In this document: one piece after another, positions 9,320 through 18,100 of the stretch
Layout: each line of letters begins with the position of its first letter
Numbering within the stretch: the stretch's first letter is position 1
From: Acidimicrobiia bacterium
GTDB taxonomy: Bacteria; Actinomycetota; Acidimicrobiia; Spongiisociales; UBA4744
Assembly: GCA_035282865.1 (NCBI GenBank)
Contig: DATEVB010000087.1
Location: 1-48,316, forward strand
Direction: 5' to 3'
DNA length: 48,316 nucleotides
The notes under the pieces: model-generated
What the model was told of the DNA's origin: nothing
What the model saw: only the letters and a program-made list of their open reading frames with translations
Databases searched by the model: none
Made by a program: the position numbers and the translations under genes

Positions 9320-9772
9320 TCAGACTCGACCCTTCCTGCGGACGGCCCGATCCATCTCCCGTTTCTGCTGTTTCTCCTTGAGCGCGTGGCGCTTGTCGTA
9401 GCGCGCCCGGCCACGACCGAGTCCCAGCTCGACCTTAGCTCTCCCCTCTTTGAAGTACATACCCAGCGGGACGAGGGTCAGGCCTCGTTCAGCTACCTTG
9501 GAGGCGATCTTCTCGATCTCCCGCTTGTGAAGCAGCAGTTTGCGCTCCCGTTCGGGCTGGTGCCCCCCTTCCCGCGAGAAGGCGTAGGGAGCGATGTACG
9601 CTCCGATCAGCCAGGCCTCGCCCTCCCGGACCATGACGTAAGCATCCTTCAGGTTGGCCGTGCCGTTGCGGAGGCTCTTGACCTCCGATCCCTGCAAGAC
9701 GAGCCCTGCCTCAAAGGTCTCGGTGATCTGGTAGTCATGTCGCGCTCGACGGTTGGTGGTTATGGCCTTCAC
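9320..9772 (-). CDS. smpB: SsrA-binding protein SmpB
   Basis: 'NRRARHDYQI...FEAGLVLQGSEVKSLR...LLLHKREI' is the SmpB signature. The start is re-set to the GTG at 9772, which overlaps the upstream peptidase stop (GTGA, 9769-9772) and gives 150 aa. The ORF-track start at 9856 would overlap the peptidase gene. Confidence 0.9.
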   Translation of the reverse strand: MKAITTNRRARHDYQITETFEAGLVLQGSEVKSLRNGTANLKDAYVMVREGEAWLIGAYIAPYAFSREGGHQPERERKLLLHKREIEKIASKVAERGLTLVPLGMYFKEGRAKVELGLGRGRARYDKRHALKEKQQKREMDRAVRRKGRV

Positions 9773-10956
9773 GACAGATACTTCATCGGGTCGACCGGAG
9801 TACCCCACTCCCTGGTCTCGAAATGCAGATGAGGCCCGGTGCAGTACCCCGTGCACCCCACGTAGCCGATCACGTCGCCTCGCCCAACGCGCCGACCTTC
9901 CGACACGAGGATGGAGCTCTGGTGTGCGTATAGGGTACTCAGGCCTCCACCGTGATCGATGACGACGGTGCGCCCGTAGCCACCGTAGGTGCGGGCCAGG
10001 ATGACCGTTCCCGATTCGGCCGCCTTGATCGCTGTACCGGCACCGGCGTTTAGGTCGAGACCCGTGTGCAGCTTCTTGGTCCCGAAGATCGGGTGAATCC
10101 GATACCCAAATCCGGATCCTACCGAGGCGTTGACGGGCCAGCCGAGAATGCCGGGGCTCTCTCCGCTCCTCGACTGTCGGGCGGCGAGTTCGGCGGCAAT
10201 CTGCTCGGACTCCTGCTCGAGCGCCGAGACCTCACCCTCGAACTCCTCGATGTCCCGGTTGACCCTGACCAGCAGAGCCTTGGCGTTCTCCAGCTCTGCC
10301 TCCACGTCCCGACGGCGGGCATCGACCTCGGCTCGATACCGCTCGAGTTCCCCGCGCTTGGCCTCGAGGCCGGCCAGCAGATCCTCGGTTTCGGATTGGC
10401 GGGCTTCAACCGACTCCTGATGCTGCTCTTCCTGGAAGCGGAGTACTTCGAGCGAGTTGATAAGGGTTCCACTGCCTTCGATGATATCTTCGGCGTACTG
10501 CAGCCCCAGCTCGACTTCCGACACATCAGCGGTAGTGAAAACGAGCGACGAGAGCCCGGCTCCTCCCGCCATATATAGCTCCACTGCCTGTTCGCGAACC
10601 AGCTGGCGAGTGTCGCGCACCTCCAGCCGGATCTCAGCCAGTTGCCGTTTCAACTCGGCGATCTGCCGGCTGATATCGGTGAGCAGCTGCTCGGTCGCGG
10701 CAATCGATGTCTCGACCTCAAGCAGGCGGCCTTCGGCATCGGCCAGCTGCGATCTCACCTCGGTCATCCGCGCTTCGGTAGCAGCGAGTTCCGATTGGAT
10801 CTCGCCTCGCTCGCCTCGTTCCGCAGCGATGCGTGCGTTGAGGTCTTTGATGTCCTGCTCGATTTGGCTGAGCCGTTCCTCGGACGATTGCGCCAGCCCG
10901 GGAACTGCCGTCATGAGGAGCGACCCAACCACCAGCAGCAGGGCGAGGCGCCGCAC
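9769..10956 (-). CDS. Secreted coiled-coil + M23 (LytM) peptidase, EnvC/PcsB-like FtsEX partner
   Basis: The GTG at 10956 gives the signal peptide 'MRRLALLLVVGSLLMTAVPGLAQS'. A coiled coil of about 250 aa follows. The C-terminal M23 domain has intact 'HTGLD' (HxxxD) and 'GPHLHFE' (HxH). It sits 2 nt after the ftsX stop. Confidence 0.85.
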   Translation of the reverse strand: MRRLALLLVVGSLLMTAVPGLAQSSEERLSQIEQDIKDLNARIAAERGERGEIQSELAATEARMTEVRSQLADAEGRLLEVETSIAATEQLLTDISRQIAELKRQLAEIRLEVRDTRQLVREQAVELYMAGGAGLSSLVFTTADVSEVELGLQYAEDIIEGSGTLINSLEVLRFQEEQHQESVEARQSETEDLLAGLEAKRGELERYRAEVDARRRDVEAELENAKALLVRVNRDIEEFEGEVSALEQESEQIAAELAARQSRSGESPGILGWPVNASVGSGFGYRIHPIFGTKKLHTGLDLNAGAGTAIKAAESGTVILARTYGGYGRTVVIDHGGGLSTLYAHQSSILVSEGRRVGRGDVIGYVGCTGYCTGPHLHFETREWGTPVDPMKYLS

Positions 10957-10958
10957 CT

Positions 10959-11834
10959 TTACACCTTCAGGAACCGGCGAAGCCCGAGACCACTGCCGAC
11001 GATGCCGGCCACTGCGCCGAACAGCAAAATCAGAACACCCCACCGAACGAGGAAGTCATAGCCAACCGAGAGCCGGATCAGGAAGTCCTCAGGTTCGAGC
11101 CCGGCCAGGAAACTGTGGCCGGCCCACACCGCGGCAACGGCCAGGGCCGCACCGACAAAGCCCTGCAGCATTCCTTCCAGTAGGAAGGGAATCCGGATGA
11201 ACCAGTTGCTGGCGCCTACGAGTTTCATGATGCTGACTTCATCGCGGCGGGCGTAGATCGCCATCCGGATCGTGTTGGCGATCAGCACCACGGATGCAGC
11301 ACCCAACAAGATCGCCAGGCTCAGTCCAAGCGCGTTGAGAATGTTGCTGATGTTGGAGAGCTGATCGAACCGGTCGCCGGCGGTCACCGTCTTGCGTACC
11401 GCCGAGTTGTCCAACAAGCGGAAGGTGATATCGCGGTAATAGTTGACGTCGGTCAACTTTATGCGGACCGAGGCGGGCAGGATCGAGGCGTCGGTCTCCT
11501 CGAGCAGCGCCGGCTGGTCGGCGAACATCTCTTTGAATTCGAGCCACGCACAGGTCTTGTCGCAGTAAGAGGTCTCCTCCACCTCATCCCACGACTGGAT
11601 CTCTCGCTGCAGGTCGAGCTGGGCGGCCTGCGAGACGTCATCCTTCATGAAGACAACAACGTGGACGCCCTCCTGCCACCTGGTGGTGTTGACTTGAAAC
11701 AACTCATTGACGACCAGCGCTCCAAACGCCAGCGTCAGCGACACGAACACGGCGAGAATCGCCGCCAGAACTACCAAGGCGTTGCGCCGCAAGCTCGTGA
11801 ACGCCTGCAGCACGAGATAGGCGGCCCTGCTCAT
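10959..11834 (-). CDS. ftsX: Cell-division ABC transporter permease FtsX
   Basis: 291 aa with a TM1-large extracellular loop-TM2-4 layout. The ATGA overlap with ftsE lies at 11831-11834. Confidence 0.88.
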   Translation of the reverse strand: MSRAAYLVLQAFTSLRRNALVVLAAILAVFVSLTLAFGALVVNELFQVNTTRWQEGVHVVVFMKDDVSQAAQLDLQREIQSWDEVEETSYCDKTCAWLEFKEMFADQPALLEETDASILPASVRIKLTDVNYYRDITFRLLDNSAVRKTVTAGDRFDQLSNISNILNALGLSLAILLGAASVVLIANTIRMAIYARRDEVSIMKLVGASNWFIRIPFLLEGMLQGFVGAALAVAAVWAGHSFLAGLEPEDFLIRLSVGYDFLVRWGVLILLFGAVAGIVGSGLGLRRFLKV

Positions 11835-12640
11835 GTAGACGGCTCCGGTTCCGGGACCGCGGCTGGTTCCAGGTCCTCGGAGGCCGGGGGCGGCCGCACG
11901 GATGGCTGTTCGACTGGAGGGGCGGCTTTCTTGGCCTGCGGCTCGTCTTCGTCGCTTCGGAAACTCTCGTAACGTCCCCGACTCTGGTCGCGCACCACCC
12001 GGCCGCGTTCCAGCTGGACAACCCGCCGGCGCATGGCGTCGACGATGGCATGGTCGTGAGTGGCCATCAACACGGTCGTGCCGGTCCGGTTGATCCGGTC
12101 GAGGATGCGCATGATGCCAACCGAAGTGGCCGGATCGAGGTTCCCGGTCGGCTCGTCCGCCAGCAGGATGGGGGGTCGATTCACGAACGCTCGCGCCACC
12201 GAAACTCTCTGCTGCTCTCCCCCGGAGAGCTGCAATGGGTATCGATCACCTTTGGTCGCCAGGCCGACCAGTTCGAGCACCTGGGCCACCTGGCGGTTGA
12301 TCACAGTCTTGGGGCGTCCCAGGACCTCCAGGGCAAACGCAACGTTCTCGGAAACGGTCCGGTTGGGGAGCAACTTGAAATCCTGGAAGACGGTGCCCAT
12401 GGAACGGCGCAGGTTGGGCACTTTCCAGCCCGGCATGTTGGTGATGTCCTTGCCCGCCACCCAGATGTTGCCACGGGTGGCGCCTTCCTCCCGAAGCATC
12501 AGGCGAATCAGGGTCGATTTGCCCGACCCTGATGGCCCGACCAAGAAGACGAATTCGCCCTTCTGTACGTCGAGATTGACGTCACGCAAGGCGACGATGC
12601 CGCCCTCATACACCTTGGTGACATCTTCAAGAAGAATCAT
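11831..12640 (-). CDS. ftsE: Cell-division ATP-binding protein FtsE (with Pro/Glu-rich C-terminal extension)
   Basis: Start re-set to the ATG at 12640 ('[14 protein letters not shown]'). Walker A 'GPSGSGKST', signature 'LSGGEQQRV', Walker B '[12 protein letters not shown]'. The last roughly 45 aa are low-complexity. Confidence 0.9.
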   Translation of the reverse strand: MILLEDVTKVYEGGIVALRDVNLDVQKGEFVFLVGPSGSGKSTLIRLMLREEGATRGNIWVAGKDITNMPGWKVPNLRRSMGTVFQDFKLLPNRTVSENVAFALEVLGRPKTVINRQVAQVLELVGLATKGDRYPLQLSGGEQQRVSVARAFVNRPPILLADEPTGNLDPATSVGIMRILDRINRTGTTVLMATHDHAIVDAMRRRVVQLERGRVVRDQSRGRYESFRSDEDEPQAKKAAPPVEQPSVRPPPASEDLEPAAVPEPEPST

Positions 12641-12753
12641 AAGAACAACAACCTCAGTGGGGATTCCGCGAGCGGGAAAGCCCAGTTTCCTCTGCTTGCC
12701 CCTGCTCCGCCGCGCCGCTTGCCAGGTTACCAGTGGCCCGCCTCCATCAGTAA

Positions 12754-13885
12754 TCAATCCGCGGTTGATCCGCCCGACCGCTCCTGGCGCCCTCGACGCC
12801 AATGCAGGTATGCCTCCACGAATGGATCCAGGTCACCGTCGAGAACACCCTGCACATTTCCAACCTCGAGATTGGTGCGAAGGTCCTTGACCATCTGGTA
12901 CGGCTGCAAAACGTAGGAACGAATTTGCCTGCCCCAGGCCGCTTCCTCCTGGTTGCCCCGGATCTCGTCGAGGTGGTCTAGACGCTCCTGACGTGCCAGA
13001 ACGGCCAATCGAGCCTTGAGGATCGCCATGGCGCGGGCCCGATTCTGGAGCTGGGACCGCTCGGCCTGACAGACCACAACCACCCCGCTCGGCAGATGGG
13101 TCAAGCGGACTGCCGAATCCGTGACGTTGACATGCTGGCCGCCCGCCCCCTGCGACCGAAAGGTCTCCACCCGGAGATCCTCGGTAGCCACCTCGACGTC
13201 CTCCTCTTCCACCTCGGGAATGACGTCGACGCCGGCAAAGGAGGTGTGGCGCCGGGAGGCTGCGTCAAAGGGGCTGATCCGAACCAACCGGTGAACACCT
13301 CGCTCGCCCTCGAGGACCCCGTACGCATGATCTCCCGTGACAGTCAGGGTCGCCGATTTGATTCCTGCCTCATCGCCGGGTGTGACCTCGTCGACTTCTA
13401 CCTGAAATCCCTTGCCCTCGAGGTAACGGAGATACATACGAAGAAGCATCTCGGCCCAGTCCTGTGCGTCGACGCCACCCGCGCCGGCGTGCACGGAGAA
13501 GATGGCGGTGTGATCGTCGTACCGACGGAAGTAAAGTGACTCGATCTCGAGACGGGACAGGTCCCGTTCGATAGCCAACAGCTCTTCGGTCACCTCCTGC
13601 TCGGCAGCGGGGTCGGCCTCTTCGGCAGCCAGTTCGAGAAAGACCTCAGCGTCGTCCAGAGTGGCCGACGTTTGTCGCACCTTGGTGACGAGTTGTTCGT
13701 TGCGAGCCAGCTTCCGGTTGACCTCGGTGGCGCGTTTGGGATCGGTCCACAGGTCGGGCGACGAGGCTTCTTGGCGAAGAGTTGCTAGCTGGCGCTCCTT
13801 CTGGTCGACGTCAAAGGAACCTCCGGGCGTCGGCGAGGCGGATGCGGAGCTCGTTGAGTAGGGCGCGGGGATCGGTCGTGTTCAT
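12754..13885 (-). CDS. prfB: Peptide chain release factor 2, expressed through a programmed +1 frameshift
   Basis: Frame 0 is '[24 protein letters not shown]' (13885-13814) followed by TGA. The +1 frame continues '[28 protein letters not shown]...' with no stops into the 308-aa ORF, which carries 'SPF' and 'GGQ' motifs. Total about 376 aa. Confidence 0.92.
13810..13824 (-). promoter_or_regulatory. prfB +1 frameshift site: GGAGG-TTC-CTT-TGA-C
   Basis: The minus strand reads GGAGG TTC CTT TGA C. This has the canonical CUU UGA C slippery/stop context with an internal SD-like GGAGG 3 nt upstream. Confidence 0.9.
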
Positions 13886-13983
13886 GCGTTCTGGGATGGT
13901 AGTCACGAAGTCACGAGCGACGAGCCAGCGGATCTGGTTGGAGGGAACCGACCCCCCTCCGTCGAGCCCTGCGGGACTCGACA

Positions 13984-14022
13984 CCTCCCCCCTTCTCACT
14001 CACTTCGTTCGCAGGGGGGAGG
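13984..14022 (-). terminator. Strong hairpin 3' of secA (possible terminator or prfB leader structure)
   Basis: 9-bp G/C stem CCTCCCCCC (13984-13992) / GGGGGGAGG (14014-14022) with a 21-nt loop, 19 nt after the secA stop. No U-tract. Confidence 0.4.
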
Positions 14023-14040
14023 GAACCGAACGAAAAACTG

Positions 14041-16680
14041 TCAGCCGACGGCTCCGTGGCACTTCTTGTACTTCTTGCCTGATCCGCAGGGACAAGGATC
14101 GTTCCGGCCGATCTTGTCGGATACGGCTTGACGGACGTTCCCGCCCCCAACCGCGGCAGCCTGCGCCTGGACGCGCAACTGTTCCTGCTTGGCTTTCTCC
14201 GCCTCCTGAACGATTTGGACGTGGAAGAGATACCGAACGGAATCCCGCTTGACCACATCGACCAGGTCGGCAAACAGGTCGTATCCCTCCCGCTGATACT
14301 CGACCAGCGGATCACGTTGACCCATCGCTCGCAGACCGATCCCCGCCCGCAGGTAATCCATCTCCGACAGGTGCTCGCGCCACTTGTTATCGATGACCGA
14401 GAGCACCACCGTCTTCTCGATTCTGCGCAGCACATCGGTTCCAAGCTCCTGCTCGCGACGGGCGTACACGCGGTGGGCTTCCTCGACGGCGGCATCGGCC
14501 ACGTCACCCGCATCAAGCCCGTGGCCCCCGTCGAGGTCATCACGATCAAGCTCTGTGGGGTACAGCACAGTCAGCTGGCGGATCAACTCGTCCCAATCCC
14601 AGTTCTGCGGAGATACCTCGCCCAGCACAGTGGTGACCGTCGTCTCGGTCGTTTCCGTGATCCACTCTTTGGCAATGTCCTCACCCTTCTCTCCCAGAAG
14701 GATCCCGTTCCGCCAGGCGTAGATGACTTCGCGCTGACGGTTCATCACTTCGTCGTACTTGAGCACGTTCTTACGGATTTCGAAGTTCTGCGATTCCACT
14801 TGTGCCTGGGCCCGCTCGATAGCCCGGCTGACCATCTTCGCTTCGATCGGCACCTCGTCCGGTATGTGCAGCCGCTCCATGATCGCCGCCACCCGGTCTT
14901 TGGCGAACCGTCGCATGAGGTCATCGTCGAGTGACAGATAGAACCTCGACTCGCCCGGATCACCCTGACGCCCCGAACGGCCGCGCAACTGGTTGTCAAT
15001 GCGTCGCGACTCGTGACGTTCAGTTCCAATCACGTAAAGGCCACCGACGCCGAGCACCTTGTCGCGCTCGGCGGCGGTCTCGCCCGAGAGCCGCTCAAAG
15101 GCGTCGGCGAACGACTTCTCGTACTCGGCAGTTTCCTCCTGCAGGCCGGCCCTCTGCATCTCCTGGTGAGCCAGTTCCTCGGGATTACCGCCGAGCATGA
15201 TGTCGACCCCGCGGCCGGCCATGTTGGTAGCGACGGTCACCGAGCCAAGCCGGCCGGCTTGGGCAATGATCTGCGCCTCCCGAGCATGGTGTTTGGCGTT
15301 GAGAACCTCATGAGGGATACCGCGTTTGGATAACGCTTTAGAGAGTCGCTCTGACTTCTCGATCGAAACGGTGCCCAGCAAAACAGGCTGACCCACCTCG
15401 TGACGGGCGACAACATCATCCGTCACCGCGCCGAACTTGGCGATCTCGGTTTTGTAGACGAGATCGGCCTGGTCGATGCGGGTGACGAGACGGTTGGTTG
15501 GTACCTCGACCACTTCCAGCGAGTAGATCTGGGCAAACTCGGCGGCTTCCGTTTTGGCGGTACCCGTCATCCCGGCCAGCTTCTCGTACATCCGGAAATA
15601 GTTCTGGAGAGTGATGGTGGCGAGAGTCTGGTTCTCCTCCTTGATCTTGACGCCCTCTTTGGCCTCGATTGCCTGATGAAGACCCTCGGAATACCGGCGA
15701 CCCTCGAGCACGCGGCCGGTGAACTCGTCGACGATGTTCACCTCGCCGTGATCGATGAGGTAGTCGACATCCTTGAGGTACAGCTCCTTGGCGCGCAGAG
15801 CGGCGTCGAGATGGTGGACGAGGTCCACAGAAGCGAAGTCGTACATGTTCTCCACACCGAGGACCTGCTCGACGCGCGCCACCCCTTCTTCCGTGGTGAT
15901 CACCTGGCGTTTGCCTTCGTCGACTTCGTAGTGCTGGTCGCGTCGCAACCGGGCTGCGATCTTGGCGAATTCGCGATACCACTTCACCGTTTCGGACACC
16001 CGACCGCTGATGATCAGCGGAGTCCGAGCCTCGTCGACCAGGATCGAGTCGACCTCATCAACGATGGCGAAGTGGTAACCGCGATGAACCAGATCCTGGG
16101 GCGTCATCGCCATGTTGTCGCGCAAGTAATCGAATCCGTATTCGTTGTTGGTGCCGTAGGTGATGTCGGCTGCGTAGGCGGGTCGCCGCTCGGCCGGAGT
16201 CAGCCCGGCCTGGATGAGCCCGACGCTCAGCCCGAGGAAGCGATGGATACCACCCATCCAATGAGCGTCCCGGGCGGCCAGGTAGTCATTCACCGTCACC
16301 AGGTGCACGCCGTTGCCCCCGAGGGCGTTCAAGTAGGACGGCATAGTGGACACGAGGGTCTTCCCCTCACCGGTTTTCATCTCGGCGATCATTCCCCGGT
16401 GGAGCGCTCCGGCACCTACGACCTGAACGTCGAAATGTCGCTGCCCGAGCACTCGCCGGGCCGCTTCCCTCACCACCGCGTACGCTTCGGCTTCGAGGGC
16501 GTCGAGAGTTTCACCCTCTGCCAATCGGGCGCGAAACTCATCCGTCTTTGCCCGTAGCTCGGAATCCGTCAACGAGGAGACGGCCGGCTCGAACTCGTTG
16601 ACGCGCATTGCCAGCGACTCGAGGTCACGCAGCACGCGAGTTTCCCCGGCGCGAAGGACCTTGGTGATCAGCGACATCAT
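14041..16680 (-). CDS. secA: Preprotein translocase ATPase SecA
   Basis: 879 aa with '[10 protein letters not shown]', DEAD-like '[14 protein letters not shown]', and the C-terminal zinc-binding tail '[14 protein letters not shown]'. Confidence 0.97.
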   Translation of the reverse strand: MMSLITKVLRAGETRVLRDLESLAMRVNEFEPAVSSLTDSELRAKTDEFRARLAEGETLDALEAEAYAVVREAARRVLGQRHFDVQVVGAGALHRGMIAEMKTGEGKTLVSTMPSYLNALGGNGVHLVTVNDYLAARDAHWMGGIHRFLGLSVGLIQAGLTPAERRPAYAADITYGTNNEYGFDYLRDNMAMTPQDLVHRGYHFAIVDEVDSILVDEARTPLIISGRVSETVKWYREFAKIAARLRRDQHYEVDEGKRQVITTEEGVARVEQVLGVENMYDFASVDLVHHLDAALRAKELYLKDVDYLIDHGEVNIVDEFTGRVLEGRRYSEGLHQAIEAKEGVKIKEENQTLATITLQNYFRMYEKLAGMTGTAKTEAAEFAQIYSLEVVEVPTNRLVTRIDQADLVYKTEIAKFGAVTDDVVARHEVGQPVLLGTVSIEKSERLSKALSKRGIPHEVLNAKHHAREAQIIAQAGRLGSVTVATNMAGRGVDIMLGGNPEELAHQEMQRAGLQEETAEYEKSFADAFERLSGETAAERDKVLGVGGLYVIGTERHESRRIDNQLRGRSGRQGDPGESRFYLSLDDDLMRRFAKDRVAAIMERLHIPDEVPIEAKMVSRAIERAQAQVESQNFEIRKNVLKYDEVMNRQREVIYAWRNGILLGEKGEDIAKEWITETTETTVTTVLGEVSPQNWDWDELIRQLTVLYPTELDRDDLDGGHGLDAGDVADAAVEEAHRVYARREQELGTDVLRRIEKTVVLSVIDNKWREHLSEMDYLRAGIGLRAMGQRDPLVEYQREGYDLFADLVDVVKRDSVRYLFHVQIVQEAEKAKQEQLRVQAQAAAVGGGNVRQAVSDKIGRNDPCPCGSGKKYKKCHGAVG

Positions 16681-16750
16681 CCCATCTTATCGAGGGGTCG
16701 TGTTAGGCAGGCACCGTGGTGAACCGGCGGGAGTCTGGGAAACCGGGCCG

Positions 16751-18100
16751 TCACACAGGCTGGACGACGATACCGACCTTCTCGAGCAGGGCGGCAGGAT
16801 CAACGCCGACCTGTCCCGGGGTCACTTGATCCAAGATCGTTCGCCCGGCCGCCGATACCGGTTCGGGCACATCCAGGAGCGTCCCGTCGACCGTCTTCAC
16901 GAGCACCAACTCAGGACCGTGCCCGGCCTCAACGGTTTGCGTGACCATAGCCACTTCGCCGCCGTCGAGCAGGAGCAACGAACCGGGCGGATAGATCCCA
17001 ACCAATTCGATGAAGGCGCGGACAAAATCAGGATCGTAAAACGACCCCGAGCCCTTCAACAGCACGCCGAGTGCGCGGTTGGGAGTCTCGGCCCGGCGGT
17101 ACGATCGGCGCGTCGTGATGGCGTCGTACGTGTCGGTTGTCGCCACGAGCCGGCTGAAGAAATGCAGGTCGTGTTGGCGACGCATGACCCTGGGATACCC
17201 ACTCCCGTCGAAGCGAGCATGGTGCTCCAACGCGACGGTGGCGGCGATCTCCTGACCCGGCGCGGCAGCCGCCATGATCGAGGCAGCACCTTCCTGCGGA
17301 TGCAACTTGATCTGCTTCCATTGATCATGATCGAGCCGACCGGGAAACTGAAGGATCGACGGATCGACGCGAATCTTGCCTAAGTCGTGCAACAGCGCGC
17401 CGATCGCCAGCACTTTGAGCTGGTTGGCTTCCAAACCGGACATCCGTCCGAGCGCAATTGAAAGGATGCAGACGTTCACGGAATGAAAGAACGTGTACTC
17501 ATCGTGGCTCTTCACGGTGGAGAGCAGGAGGGAGGCCGCCGGTTGAGAGATCGTCTGTTCAACCAACTGCTCGACCGCCCAGGATGCGACGCTGAGGTCG
17601 ATGGGTTCATCCGCATCGAGAGCAGCAGGCAGGCTTCGCAGAACATCCAGAGAACGCGCGTAGGAACGGCGCAAGCCGGCGAACGACGAGTCGGATTCCA
17701 GATCTGATTTGGTATATGGCGACTCGTTCAGACGTACGGTGCTCTCCGCCGGCACGTCGCCGGACAGACCCGCCACGAAGGCTCCCAGATCCGAGATGTC
17801 GGCGCCGGCGACCGGCGACAAGAAGGTGACCGACTCGATGCCGCGACTCTGCATGGTGCGCAGGAGGGCGCTGGACTCGAGCGAAGCGTGGGCGAGCAAG
17901 GTTCGATCGAGATAGAACGAGTCGGTGAGCAGACTCAGCACCACTTCACCCCCGGCCCCTGACGCCAGTTCCCCTGCGGACCGGGTGGCGGCCGTCAGAG
18001 CTTCACCCGTGGTTGGGTGTCCGGTGGGATATAGCGCCATCTGCCGGGATAGCGCCTGCAGGTCTTTGAGCAAGCGGCGAGCGCCTAGATCCCTCGTCAT
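16751..18100 (-). CDS. HD-GYP domain phosphodiesterase with an uncharacterised N-terminal domain
   Basis: 449 aa with 'FFHSVNV', 'LLHDLGKI', 'HPQEG' and 'LEHHARFDGSGYP' (HD-GYP signature). The ATG at 18100 overlaps the upstream stop (ATGA). Confidence 0.85.
   Translation of the reverse strand: MTRDLGARRLLKDLQALSRQMALYPTGHPTTGEALTAATRSAGELASGAGGEVVLSLLTDSFYLDRTLLAHASLESSALLRTMQSRGIESVTFLSPVAGADISDLGAFVAGLSGDVPAESTVRLNESPYTKSDLESDSSFAGLRRSYARSLDVLRSLPAALDADEPIDLSVASWAVEQLVEQTISQPAASLLLSTVKSHDEYTFFHSVNVCILSIALGRMSGLEANQLKVLAIGALLHDLGKIRVDPSILQFPGRLDHDQWKQIKLHPQEGAASIMAAAAPGQEIAATVALEHHARFDGSGYPRVMRRQHDLHFFSRLVATTDTYDAITTRRSYRRAETPNRALGVLLKGSGSFYDPDFVRAFIELVGIYPPGSLLLLDGGEVAMVTQTVEAGHGPELVLVKTVDGTLLDVPEPVSAAGRTILDQVTPGQVGVDPAALLEKVGIVVQPV

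Noticed and set aside
13811-13999. 62-aa ORF as an independent small gene.
   Set aside because: Its last 24 codons are frame 0 of prfB and end at the CTT TGA C frameshift site. The upstream part is just open frame in the secA-prfB spacer.
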